A stretch of 59,914 nt of DNA. It comes from a virus. Lineage: Duplodnaviria; Caudoviricetes. Below are positions 27,402 through 35,942 of the stretch, in pieces. The stretch lies in the IMG/VR virus record IMGVR_UViG_3300034374_007566, positions 1 through 59,914 of that record. One strand, written 5' to 3'. The translations under genes were made by a program, and so were the position numbers. The notes beneath the pieces are model-generated. The model had not been told where the DNA came from. It made no database searches and saw only the letters and a list, made by a program, of their open reading frames with translations. The first letter of the stretch is position 1. Each line of letters starts with the position of its first letter.

Positions 27402-27733
27402 TGGAGACTAGGGACTGGACGCTAGAAGAGCCTAGCTGGGGCTGGCCGGACAACGTCGATGAGACTGGAACCGATGCGGCATACGGCTACCGATACGTTC
27501 CGATCAAGCAGACACGCCAGGACGGCTACTGGTGGCACGTCGCCAGGGTATCAGTGGACGAAGGCGATGATGAAATGCTGGCAGACGCCCGCCTCATTGC
27601 AGCAGCCCCGGACCTCCTGGCCGCGGCTAGACTGGCGAACCAGGAACTGATTGACATGGGACAGGGCAGCAGCGGGTCGCCTGCGTTGGTGGCACTGTGG
27701 GCTGCGATTGCTAAGGCTGAAGGGAGGGAGTGA
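27401..27733 (+). CDS. AAAPxLL..AIAKAEGRE family protein 3
   Basis: DARLIAAAPDLL...AIAKAEGRE*. Confidence 0.8.
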   Translation: METRDWTLEEPSWGWPDNVDETGTDAAYGYRYVPIKQTRQDGYWWHVARVSVDEGDDEMLADARLIAAAPDLLAAARLANQELIDMGQGSSGSPALVALWAAIAKAEGRE

Positions 27734-27737
27734 CGTT

Positions 27738-27935
27738 ATGCGAATATCCAACAAGCAAATATCCTATGCCCTTGTTGGCTATGAGTTGTCCTCTGAGGAG
27801 ATCGCTATTGCTCTGCGGAACATTGAGACGACGCTTGATGCCGTCGCGGAAACACTAGAGAACGACAGCGCCTCTGCCACCTTGGGCGATGCGTCTAATC
27901 TTATCCAGGCCATGCGGGAGGGATTGAATGCCTAG
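27738..27935 (+). CDS. Hypothetical protein
   Basis: MRISNKQ..., follows repeat copy 3. Confidence 0.65.
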   Translation: MRISNKQISYALVGYELSSEEIAIALRNIETTLDAVAETLENDSASATLGDASNLIQAMREGLNA

Positions 27936-27962
27936 CATTGCCACAGCAGAAGGGAGGGAGTG

Positions 27963-28217
27963 ATGATCTACGCCACCAGCGTGTCGGGCTGCGCCAGTTC
28001 CCTGCGGGCTGCTGAGTTGGCGCAGTTCTTCGGCTGCCCGTATGGTTTCCGCCGCGTGCATGGGGTGCGGCGCATGTTTGAAAGTTACCGCATTGGCCAG
28101 GCCGACCCGCCCGTTGGTTGCCTGAACCAAAACTGGTCAGGCCCGGCCCTAGTCTGGTATCCAGAAGGCAACTGGATGGAGGTTGCTGAGGCCGTTTCCA
28201 ATGGAGAATCCACATGA
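27963..28217 (+). CDS. Hypothetical protein
   Basis: Starts within repeat copy 4. Confidence 0.6.
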   Translation: MIYATSVSGCASSLRAAELAQFFGCPYGFRRVHGVRRMFESYRIGQADPPVGCLNQNWSGPALVWYPEGNWMEVAEAVSNGEST

Positions 28218-28501
28218 AGAAGTCTGACATCATTGCCGAGATCGCTGGCTGGGAGCAGAAGTATTTCGACCTAGTCTGGTATGCCCGCAGCACCCATGAT
28301 GAACCTGCCAGCCAGTCAGGCCGGCAGAGAGTGGAGGCGGCATGGCCCACCGACCTGGAGGAGCTGCGGTCTGATGACACCAACTGGCAGCACGGGTTCA
28401 ACAGTGGTTGCCTTGCGGCATTCCGGCTGGTTCAGGGGCTCCTTGGTTCCGATGATGACGCGGAGTTTGCACGGCAAGAGTTTCCGTTCCTAGATACATG
28501 A
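28214..28501 (+). CDS. Hypothetical protein (VWYAR..WQHGFNSG motif)
   Basis: Coupled ORF. Confidence 0.75.
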   Translation: MKKSDIIAEIAGWEQKYFDLVWYARSTHDEPASQSGRQRVEAAWPTDLEELRSDDTNWQHGFNSGCLAAFRLVQGLLGSDDDAEFARQEFPFLDT

Positions 28502-28512
28502 GGAGGTGAGTG

Positions 28513-28764
28513 ATGGGTAAGAAGAAGTCCGATGGCGTGGGTTTCTCGTACCCACGGGTATACACCCTGGTGCTGTATAACACTGGCGGCGGCGACCACG
28601 GCAACACGTTCGCCGTGTTGTCTCAGTTGGTTGACGAGGAGATCGACCGCATCGACCGCGGTGAGATTGCGGATGACCACCTGAAGCCGTTGCTTGTGAT
28701 CCGAGAGCAACTGATTGTGGAGTTCGACAAGGGGCGCTATGGCCCGCGGGGCAGTGAGTCCTAA
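28513..28764 (+). CDS. Hypothetical protein
   Basis: GGAGGTGA RBS. Confidence 0.65.
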   Translation: MGKKKSDGVGFSYPRVYTLVLYNTGGGDHGNTFAVLSQLVDEEIDRIDRGEIADDHLKPLLVIREQLIVEFDKGRYGPRGSES

Positions 28765-28779
28765 AAGCGGAGGTGAGTT

Positions 28780-29043
28780 ATGGCTAAGAAGAAAGCCAAG
28801 AAGAAGTTGGAGTCCGGCATGGTGTTCCATGCCCTGAAGCTGAACGAGCAGGACCTACGTCACCTGCGGTGGGTGCTGTCCGATCACATAGAGGACCAGA
28901 AGCACCTGATGAACTCGCCGCCAGCGAAGGGCCAGACCCCGGAGGAGATGCTGGAGGATTGGGTGATCGCACGGGACTTCATGGCCGACTCCATGAAGAT
29001 CATTCAGATGATTGACAAGGTGTACCCGGAGGGAGATGAGTGA
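28780..29043 (+). CDS. Hypothetical protein
   Basis: GGAGGTGA RBS. Confidence 0.7.
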   Translation: MAKKKAKKKLESGMVFHALKLNEQDLRHLRWVLSDHIEDQKHLMNSPPAKGQTPEEMLEDWVIARDFMADSMKIIQMIDKVYPEGDE

Positions 29044-29345
29044 TGGAGAGACATGAGCATGACACGTTGCGAGATGCGGTCACCAAGGCGTGCGGCGATG
29101 CCGCCTACCTGGACTACCGTGACCCTATATGGCAGGCAATATCTGGTGCGTTCGACTGGCAGAACTGCTGGCCCGTCATCGATGGGAGTGGCCACATAAC
29201 GGGTGAGGTCTCCGAGGGCGTGCCAGGATTGCTCGCCACCCCGGACTATGAGGCCATGATCTGGCGGGCCCAGGCACAGTTGCACCACTGGGAGATCGAT
29301 GAGGAGGAAGGGACTGCACGGATTCCCCTAGTTACCAAGGAGTAG
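29043..29345 (+). CDS. Hypothetical protein
   Basis: Coupled ORF. Confidence 0.65.
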   Translation: MERHEHDTLRDAVTKACGDAAYLDYRDPIWQAISGAFDWQNCWPVIDGSGHITGEVSEGVPGLLATPDYEAMIWRAQAQLHHWEIDEEEGTARIPLVTKE

Positions 29346-29435
29346 GTCATGGATGACCAGACTGCGGAGATCGTAATGCTGGTGGTGCGTTTGATCCTCG
29401 CCATTTTCGGAGAGGGATGACCACCTAATCGAAGA

Positions 29436-29459
29436 GATACTGTACGCTTGTACGGTATC
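29436..29459. promoter_or_regulatory. Palindromic operator GATACTGTAC-GCTT-GTACGGTATC
   Basis: 9/10 arm match; same core as 22558. Confidence 0.6.
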
Positions 29460-29470
29460 GGCCTTGTTTG

Positions 29471-29504
29471 CCCCGACGGCAGCGTGCCGGCGGGGTTTTC
29501 TTTT
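29471..29504 (+). terminator. Rho-independent terminator
   Basis: CCCCGACGGCA/TGCCGGCGGGG stem followed by TTTTCTTTT. Confidence 0.7.
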
Positions 29505-29521
29505 GCGCTAAGGAGACTGCT

Positions 29522-30247
29522 ATGACGATGCTGATCCACTGCGGCGGAGAGCTTGTGACCCGTGACCAGATCGATGATGCCCCTGTCCCTGAGTCCACCC
29601 ACACCTGGACCCCTGTCGCTCACGGCGATGTCGTCAGCATGGTGGAGGATTCCATCCAGGGCAGCGGGCTGAAGATCACCGACAGCCAGTTCGCTCTTGC
29701 CCGCAGCGGGCAGCGGATGTTCGGCACCATCACCCTGGCCGGCGGCACGGACTACGCCACCGTCATCGGAGTTCGCAACTCCCATGACAAGTCCTTTCCC
29801 GTGTCGTTCTGCCTGGGCTCCCGGGTGTTTGTCTGCGACAACCTGGCCTTCTCTTCGGAGGTGGTGGTCAAGACCAAGCACAGCCGGCTGGTGCTGGACC
29901 GACTGCCCCGCCTGGTCAATGAGGGTGTCGCCCGGCTGATCGAAAAGCGAGGCCACCAGGCCAAGCGGATCGAAGCCTACAAGGACGAGCAGGTCCGTGG
30001 CCTGCCCCACCTGCATGACCTGGTGCTGCGGTCCTACCGGGCCAATGCCCTGCCGGCACGGGCGATCTCTGAGGTGCTGAACGAGTATGACTCGCCCAGC
30101 CACCCGGAGTTCTCCGAGCCTACGCTGTGGAGTTACTTCAACGCCTGCACGGAGGTGCTGAAGAAGTACGGCAACCTGCCGCAGCGGACCATGCGTCTGC
30201 ACGGCGTGGTCGACGCCGAGGTCGGCAGCAAGTTGCTGGCGGTCTGA
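29522..30247 (+). CDS. DUF932/DUF945-family protein
   Basis: GVRNSHDKS...G.RVFVCDNL..KH; C-terminal LWS.FNA.TE. Confidence 0.85.
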   Translation: MTMLIHCGGELVTRDQIDDAPVPESTHTWTPVAHGDVVSMVEDSIQGSGLKITDSQFALARSGQRMFGTITLAGGTDYATVIGVRNSHDKSFPVSFCLGSRVFVCDNLAFSSEVVVKTKHSRLVLDRLPRLVNEGVARLIEKRGHQAKRIEAYKDEQVRGLPHLHDLVLRSYRANALPARAISEVLNEYDSPSHPEFSEPTLWSYFNACTEVLKKYGNLPQRTMRLHGVVDAEVGSKLLAV

Positions 30248-30284
30248 TCCCTGACGGCTGTGCGGTGCGTTGCCGTTCAGCCGT

Positions 30285-30327
30285 GTGGTGGGGGGGGAGC
30301 CCAAGCCCCCCCGCCACTTCCTTTTTC
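30285..30327 (+). terminator. Rho-independent terminator
   Basis: GTGGTGGGGGGG/CCCCCCCGCCAC stem followed by TTCCTTTTT. Confidence 0.65.
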
Positions 30328-30337
30328 TTGCAAGGAG

Positions 30338-30607
30338 ATGAGCATGAAAGCCCTGCGATTCGACGTGTCTAAGTTTTGCAAGGACTACATGGAGGCCCGT
30401 GACGCTGGCCTGACCATGGAGGAGTTCGCCCAACTGCTGGGCGTGACGCTTGGCGTGGTGGCCGGCAGAAAGCATCGCCTGATGAAGCGTGGCATCGTCC
30501 TGCCACCGCTGAAGGTCACCAGGAAGCGGGCTGCTAAGCCTGTCCTGCGGCTGACTGGGCCTGTCGTCCAGGCTCCGCTGCACTTCACCATCACAGTAGG
30601 AGGCTGA
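30338..30607 (+). CDS. Small HTH DNA-binding protein
   Basis: GLTMEEFAQLLGVTLGVV. Confidence 0.65.
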   Translation: MSMKALRFDVSKFCKDYMEARDAGLTMEEFAQLLGVTLGVVAGRKHRLMKRGIVLPPLKVTRKRAAKPVLRLTGPVVQAPLHFTITVGG

Positions 30608-30608
30608 G

Positions 30609-30803
30609 ATGACTATCACGCTGACAGTCAATGCTAGGGAGATCGACTACCTGCGGCGGGCAGTCGAACGTGACTTGGAGATGTTTGATGCCGAGTCGAT
30701 GATGTGCGACATGGAGGAGTACGCTATGGTGGAGGCAGCGCAGGCATGCCAGGTTCTGAAGATGCTGAAGCGTGTTTGCCAGGACCATGTTTACCCTCAC
30801 TAG
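30609..30803 (+). CDS. Hypothetical protein
   Basis: AGGAGG RBS. Confidence 0.65.
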   Translation: MTITLTVNAREIDYLRRAVERDLEMFDAESMMCDMEEYAMVEAAQACQVLKMLKRVCQDHVYPH

Positions 30804-30882
30804 GAGCCGCCATGGACTTTCTGCTGGGCACGTTTATCTTGTGTGTTATCTTTTACGCTTCATCGAAACAGTGGGGTGAGTA

Positions 30883-31221
30883 GTGGTAGACTTTGACTCT
30901 GTAAAACAAGACGACTGCATGTATGGCCTGAGCATGGAAGTGCTGGATGAACTGCGTGACCACATCCAGGACCTTTACCTACGCATGTTCCAGCGGTGCG
31001 AGGAACTCCCAGACGGCCTACCCAACGTCGTCCTGCCTGCCTTGACGCTGGCCTGGATTGAAGCCACGTCTTCAATCTTTGGTTCTGCTTCCTATGAATC
31101 GGCACTGTCTATCCTGTCTGGCATCTCGCCAGAAGACAAAGAGTCCCGTAAACTTATGCGGCAATCCATCAACGACCTTCTCCGCCGCACGCGGTGGAGC
31201 CTCCGGAGGAAGAAGTCTTGA
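30883..31221 (+). CDS. Hypothetical protein
   Basis: 112-aa ORF in the early operon. Confidence 0.55.
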   Translation: MVDFDSVKQDDCMYGLSMEVLDELRDHIQDLYLRMFQRCEELPDGLPNVVLPALTLAWIEATSSIFGSASYESALSILSGISPEDKESRKLMRQSINDLLRRTRWSLRRKKS

Positions 31222-31577
31222 AGTACCACGGCTTTATCACAGAAGAGAAGAACACTGGCGACATCCTGAAGTCCACCTTCCGCGGTTACTACATCCCTGT
31301 AGAAGAGCGGGAAGGCGGCTGGATGCCAGCCGGCCCTGCGATGGAAGACCCGGACGACCAGGTCAACCTGTACTCCAACGTGTACATGTTCCAGGTACAC
31401 CGCAACGGAGAGCCCACGGGTCCGCTGGACGACATACCTTCCCCGGACGGGTTCACCGTGGTGGCACGTTACTGGTTGCCCGATGACTACCGACCGGACA
31501 CGCCGGAGGAGCGGGCCGCCCGGAGGGAGCAGTCAGAGGCAACGCTGCGAGACATACTAGGGAGGTGCAAGGAATGA
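31194..31577 (+). CDS. Hypothetical protein
   Basis: Coupled to the recombinase start. Confidence 0.6.
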   Translation: MEPPEEEVLKYHGFITEEKNTGDILKSTFRGYYIPVEEREGGWMPAGPAMEDPDDQVNLYSNVYMFQVHRNGEPTGPLDDIPSPDGFTVVARYWLPDDYRPDTPEERAARREQSEATLRDILGRCKE

Positions 31578-32335
31578 ACTGCTACGGCTACATCCGGGTA
31601 TCCACGGACGATCAAGCGAACTCCCGTGAGAACCAATCCGACAAGATCACTGAGTTCGCAGAGCGGGAGGGCATACATCTGGCTCAGATTTTTGTTGACG
31701 AAGACGTTTCCGGCTCCATTCAACTGCGCCGCCGCCCCCAGGGCAAGATTCTCTGGGACATCCTGGACCCTGGCGACACGGTTGTGTTCTGCAAGCCCGA
31801 CAGGGTCTTCCGCTCAGTCCTTGACTCCGCCGACACTGTCCACATATGGCTACAGCGGCAGGTCCGTTGCGTCATCTTGGACCTGGGGATCGACCTGGCA
31901 ACGCCTGCCGGCCGGCTGGTATTCAACCAGATGACCGCTTTCGCTGAGTTTGAGCGGGAGATGATCGCCCAGCGGACCCGGGAGATCGCTGCCTACCTGA
32001 AGAAGCAGGGCCGTCCTTACGGGGGCGCGCGGCCCTTCGGGTGGCAGAAGGTTGGCCGCGGCCGGGATGCTCGCTTTGAACCTCTGGATTCTGAGAGAGA
32101 GATCGCCTTCCGCGTCCTTGACCTGAAGGAGCAGGGCAAGTCTTACCGTGACATCGCTTGGATTCTTGCGAAGGATCGGACAGTGAAGCCGGGGAAGAAG
32201 TGGACTGACACGGGGAAGGGCGTTTGGTACTCCGTCTCCGAGGTCCATGCGCTGTGTCAGGCAGCTCGTCTAGGATTCCCAGTCGCTCCAAGAGCTGCTT
32301 TGCTAGCCGCCGGGAAGCAAGGGACGCCGACCTGA
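31574..32335 (+). CDS. Serine recombinase (resolvase/invertase family)
   Basis: YGYIRVSTDDQ catalytic motif, DRVFR, AEFEREMI..RT, PFGW. Confidence 0.92.
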   Translation: MNCYGYIRVSTDDQANSRENQSDKITEFAEREGIHLAQIFVDEDVSGSIQLRRRPQGKILWDILDPGDTVVFCKPDRVFRSVLDSADTVHIWLQRQVRCVILDLGIDLATPAGRLVFNQMTAFAEFEREMIAQRTREIAAYLKKQGRPYGGARPFGWQKVGRGRDARFEPLDSEREIAFRVLDLKEQGKSYRDIAWILAKDRTVKPGKKWTDTGKGVWYSVSEVHALCQAARLGFPVAPRAALLAAGKQGTPT

Positions 32336-32771
32336 CGTTCAGGTTGAACTCGTCCGCCAGGTCGGTGATCCGTCGCTTGCGGACAAACCTGCACACAGCC
32401 ATGGCCTTGTCCCGCTCTTCCATCCCAGCGATGGCTTCCGACAGGTCATCCCTCTCATCGGTAGTGGCGGTCTCCGCCTCAGCCATGGCCATGCCAACCC
32501 TCTCCCCGGGAGAGCGGGTCAGCTTCCGGATGGACTTCAGCATCGCATTCAGGATGGCCTGGGCGAAGTACCTCTTGGGGTAGGGCAGCTTGTCCTTGTT
32601 GTAAGTGCGGGCGGCCTTGCAGAGAGCCAGATACCCCTCGCCTTCCAGGTCAGGAATCAGTGCGGCCCGCTGCCAGCCCGGACGATTCTGAACGAAGTAA
32701 CGGGCGATCACCAGGACCATCTCCTGGTACTCAGTCACCAGGGCCTGCTGCTTCTTGGTCAATCGCTTCAC
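31923..32771 (-). CDS. Sigma-70-family sigma factor (FliA/WhiG-like), probable late sigma
   Basis: Region 2 DLEGEGYLALCKAARTYN..Y....I; region 4 HTH; conserved part ends near 32270 but the ORF runs on to 31923. Confidence 0.75.
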   Translation of the reverse strand: MKRLTKKQQALVTEYQEMVLVIARYFVQNRPGWQRAALIPDLEGEGYLALCKAARTYNKDKLPYPKRYFAQAILNAMLKSIRKLTRSPGERVGMAMAEAETATTDERDDLSEAIAGMEERDKAMAVCRFVRKRRITDLADEFNLNVRSASLASRRLAKQLLERLGILDELPDTAHGPRRRSTKRPSPCQSTSSPASLSDPSQESKRCHGKTCPAPSGQGRGRRSLSQNPEVQSEHPGRGQPSATRRAARPRKDGPASSGRQRSPGSAGRSSPAQTQRKRSSG

Positions 32772-32962
32772 TCGTCCGCCTCTTCGACAATGATCTTGAT
32801 CAGGCCCGCCGCCGCCATGACCGGCAGTTTCTTGCGCCGCCTGTCCTTCATCACCCTGCGGACAGCCAGCCGCCAGTCTTCCGGCTCATACTGGTAGACC
32901 CAATACTCTTCACCGTCCGTGGCGGTGACCCGCATCAGGCGTTGCGTCAGTCGATTCGGCAC
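32768..32962 (-). CDS. Hypothetical protein
   Basis: AAGGA before GTG; coupled to the sigma gene. Confidence 0.55.
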   Translation of the reverse strand: MPNRLTQRLMRVTATDGEEYWVYQYEPEDWRLAVRRVMKDRRRKKLPVMAAAGLIKIIVEEADE

Positions 32963-33186
32963 TCCTTGCACTCCTTGCACGCACAGTCTTCCGGGCAAGG
33001 GCAGATGCTGGTGGTCCCGTCAGGGTGAGTGATCACGCCGCTCTCGCACTCCCCGCAGCATCCCCGCGTGGGGCTCATGCTGGCCCGAGCAGCAGAGATA
33101 GCCGCTGCCGAGCGGGCGTGTGCAATGTCCAGGTCATTGGGATCAGCCGACAACCAAGTCAGGAACCAGATGAATAAACGCCACAT
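32947..33186 (-). CDS. Small Cys-rich exported/membrane protein
   Basis: Hydrophobic N-terminus, CCGEC..G..DG...CPCP..C.C. Confidence 0.7.
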   Translation of the reverse strand: MWRLFIWFLTWLSADPNDLDIAHARSAAAISAARASMSPTRGCCGECESGVITHPDGTTSICPCPEDCACKECKECRID

Positions 33187-33187
33187 C

Positions 33188-33451
33188 TCACCACCCCCGC
33201 GTGTGGTCAACCATGACATAGCCGTCTGCACCAACCTCCGACTTCACCGGCTGCAACTCTTCCGGCGGGTCCTCCGCAACCAAGGCAATCCAAAGCAGGT
33301 TCTTGGCGGCACGGGCCACCCACTTCAGGAAGGGCCGGTCGTCTTTGCGGGACGGCGTGGTGGCCGAGCCGGCAAACACAAACCATCCGACCGCTAGGCC
33401 GACCACCAAGGCGATGATGACGGGCCGGTTATTGTGCGAGCCAGCCGCCAT
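33188..33451 (-). CDS. Small membrane protein
   Basis: N-terminal TM; RPFLKWVARAAK.LLW. Confidence 0.7.
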   Translation of the reverse strand: MAAGSHNNRPVIIALVVGLAVGWFVFAGSATTPSRKDDRPFLKWVARAAKNLLWIALVAEDPPEELQPVKSEVGADGYVMVDHTRGW

Positions 33452-34460
33452 TATCCAGTTCCCGGAAGTCGAAACCGTCGATTGAGCCGATTGCATACGA
33501 GTCACCCTGTCCTAGTATCGATTCAACGTCCTTCTTCTCTGCCCAAAAACATCCATCTGGCATGTCGTCTGGCCACTTGCCACCCCCTACATAGTTGCCC
33601 CAGCTATTGATGATCAGCGCACCATCACGGGGGCTGCCGTTCTCTTGGAACCTAAGGCCGATGATGCACATTTGGTGCATCCAAACCCCCGAGCGACGGC
33701 AGTAGCCATCACTGTCCCTGGTGGTATTGAAGCCAACACTGGATGCGATGGTCACGGGGTAGCCGCTAGTCACCGCTGCGACCAGCTCTTCCCAGGTCTT
33801 CACTGCAACGACATGCTTGCAGGGATGCTTCTTGGCCTCAGCATCCATCTTGCCGTTGTCGCCCTGCCCGCCGCATCCGTAGGCTCCGTACTCTTTAGCC
33901 CTGCTTGCAGAGTAGGTGGTCAGGTCCCGCCCAACCACGGGCTCACGGTAGACCACCCCCCAGTCCTTCAGCCACTTCGCTGCACCCCAGCCCGTGGCAC
34001 CATCGCTGTACCCGCCGACCGGGCGGGCACCGTCGCCTGGCTTCCCTCTGGCTTCTACGCGGGCTCCGCCGTAGATTGGCTCAGACGCAGGCAGGAGGGG
34101 CGGGTCGGCACGCTGGCCCTGGGTCCAGTCTACGCTCTCAGCACAGTACACAGCGTGCATAGCTCCCCATGACACGCAGTCTCCAATGCCCTGCCGTGCA
34201 ACTTTGAACGGCGTCCCATAGCGGGCCTGGTGGGCCTGGTCCATGTGGCGGTATAGGAAGGTGTCCTTGTGCGTTGCCTTGGCCATGGCATCCGCACCAG
34301 CCTGGGCGAAGTACGGCTGGTCCAGTGAGCGCAGGAATATCTGCACACCCACCGGGTCAGGCACATAGCCAGTTGGCATCTCCTTCTTGGGGAGAGCCAG
34401 GAGGACCGCCAATGAGACAACGGCCACCGCCAGGAAGAGTCGGAACGGATGCGGCTTCAC
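33429..34460 (-). CDS. Papain-like (C1) cysteine peptidase with signal/anchor; candidate lysin
   Basis: QGIGDCVSWG (Q, C), WMHQM (H), INSWG (N). Confidence 0.85.
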   Translation of the reverse strand: MKPHPFRLFLAVAVVSLAVLLALPKKEMPTGYVPDPVGVQIFLRSLDQPYFAQAGADAMAKATHKDTFLYRHMDQAHQARYGTPFKVARQGIGDCVSWGAMHAVYCAESVDWTQGQRADPPLLPASEPIYGGARVEARGKPGDGARPVGGYSDGATGWGAAKWLKDWGVVYREPVVGRDLTTYSASRAKEYGAYGCGGQGDNGKMDAEAKKHPCKHVVAVKTWEELVAAVTSGYPVTIASSVGFNTTRDSDGYCRRSGVWMHQMCIIGLRFQENGSPRDGALIINSWGNYVGGGKWPDDMPDGCFWAEKKDVESILGQGDSYAIGSIDGFDFRELDNGGWLAQ

Positions 34461-34981
34461 CGGGCGGACTCCGCTGCCTTGGCAACCTCACGGTAAGCAG
34501 CGATCCACTTCCGCTTGGTCTCGTCATCCATCGGCCCGCCAGATGTGCCAGCGTGGGAATCCAGGTAAGCACCGATGGCATCCCTGGCCAGGGGATGCTT
34601 CTCGCCAAGGCTCTCGCCCTTGCAGAGGAGCTTCCTGGTTCTGATCCGGAGTTCATCAAAAGCCATCCCGGAGACCAGGAGCGGCTCCGCCTGGGCCATG
34701 TCCCATTCCAGTTCGTTCGCTAACTCCGCACAGAGAGCGGCCACTAGAGCGGCATCCTCCGAAGCGTCCGGCCCGACGAACTTCCCAGTCAGGTTGAACC
34801 CGACCGGCGGCGGAGGAGTGGGGGCCGGAGACCGGCCTGCGTAGGACCAGACCGCCGCAGCCAGCAGGGCAACTGCCGCAAGATGGCGAGAGTCCGGTGC
34901 TTTGAACTCATGGTAGTTCGCTTTGATCCAGGGCCAGGCCAACGCCACGCCGGCCAGCAGCAGCAGGATGATCGTCATCAT
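34457..34981 (-). CDS. Membrane-anchored protein
   Basis: Two N-terminal hydrophobic segments and a Pro linker. Confidence 0.75.
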   Translation of the reverse strand: MMTIILLLLAGVALAWPWIKANYHEFKAPDSRHLAAVALLAAAVWSYAGRSPAPTPPPPVGFNLTGKFVGPDASEDAALVAALCAELANELEWDMAQAEPLLVSGMAFDELRIRTRKLLCKGESLGEKHPLARDAIGAYLDSHAGTSGGPMDDETKRKWIAAYREVAKAAESAR

Positions 34982-35346
34982 GAGCGCACCATCGGAAGAA
35001 GGACCTCCACCGCACCAGCCGTGAGCGACAGAATCAGGGCCCGGATGGACGGCTTAGCCAGGAGCCAGACTGGCCAGACCACTGGCGGAATGGCCTTGTC
35101 CGCAAGGCGGTCGAAGAGAGCCGCCACCGCCTCCACCACCATCTCCTTCTTCTCCGCCCCGGTCATCTGGTTGACGGCGTCCAGGGTGGTGATGGACAGC
35201 CGGACCAGGGCCAGCATCAACTCGCCAAACTCAGACCAGGTAAGGCCGTCCTTGGCCTTCTCGGCGGCAGCGTCCAGGAACACAAGGACTTTCGGCCCAA
35301 AGAACTGGGAGTCACTTGCCTTTGCAAGGGGGGCATCTGCGTACAT
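34978..35346 (-). CDS. Hypothetical amphipathic protein (holin-like cassette member)
   Basis: DGLTWSEFGEL..GAEKKEMV; first gene of the peptidase cassette. Confidence 0.65.
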   Translation of the reverse strand: MYADAPLAKASDSQFFGPKVLVFLDAAAEKAKDGLTWSEFGELMLALVRLSITTLDAVNQMTGAEKKEMVVEAVAALFDRLADKAIPPVVWPVWLLAKPSIRALILSLTAGAVEVLLPMVRS

Positions 35347-35710
35347 TCTTTCTCCTCTCGCAGGCCACGGCGACCACCGCATGGCCGGCTATATCCAAGA
35401 GTGTCTTCTGGATAGATATTGTCTCTTCAAGCGCCCTCAGCCGGCGGGTTTTCTCACCGATCCTGGCGACCTGATAACGGGTCGGATCGATGCCGTCGTC
35501 CTTCACGCCCAGGGCGTTCTCCAGCGGGTCCTCCCCGCAGCCGTAGTAGCCACGCTTCCGCGTTAGTAGGGCGTACAACTCATCACAGATCGCCCGGTAC
35601 GGATCACCAGGTCCGCTCTCTGGCGGCGTTGACGATCCTTCCGTATTCGGCCCAGAAGGTGGGGTGGTGGGGGTCTTCCTCCCCGTCACAAAGGTGGGCA
35701 GTCCTGGCAT
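35312..35710 (-). CDS. Nucleotide-modification-associated domain 1 (DUF1599-like); start uncertain
   Basis: K..YYG...DP.EN...RIGEK.RRL..TLLDIAGHA. Confidence 0.65.
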   Translation of the reverse strand: MPGLPTFVTGRKTPTTPPSGPNTEGSSTPPESGPGDPYRAICDELYALLTRKRGYYGCGEDPLENALGVKDDGIDPTRYQVARIGEKTRRLRALEETISIQKTLLDIAGHAVVAVACERRKNVRRCPPCKGK

Positions 35711-35942
35711 GTGCTAGCTCCTCACACAGGGTGTCAACCAAAACGTCCAGGCTAGACGTGTTAGCCAGGACAATCATTCCTCTCTGCTCGTCTTCGTCGA
35801 AGTCAAAGTAGCCGTGCATCTCCGGGAGCTTGTCAGGGCTCCTCAGGTAGTACCGGAGGGGGAACGGAACCGGGAACCTCCGGTTCGCCCACCGCCGGAA
35901 CCTCTGGACCACGCGCTTCCTCCAGTCGGATGAACAGTTCAT
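35604..35942 (-). CDS. SprT-like zincin (EELAH variant)
   Basis: DTLCEELAHA...DPHHPTFW. Confidence 0.65.
   Translation of the reverse strand: MNCSSDWRKRVVQRFRRWANRRFPVPFPLRYYLRSPDKLPEMHGYFDFDEDEQRGMIVLANTSSLDVLVDTLCEELAHARTAHLCDGEEDPHHPTFWAEYGRIVNAARERTW

Larger units (their letters stand above)
27103..27965 (+). repeat. Four copies of a 29-bp gene-boundary repeat ATYGCYAMRGCWGAAGGGAGGGAGTGAYG
   Basis: Copies at 27103, 27375, 27707, 27937. Confidence 0.9.

Noticed and set aside
27103-27965. CRISPR array
   Set aside because: Spacing of 230-330 nt filled with ORFs, degenerate repeats, no cas genes
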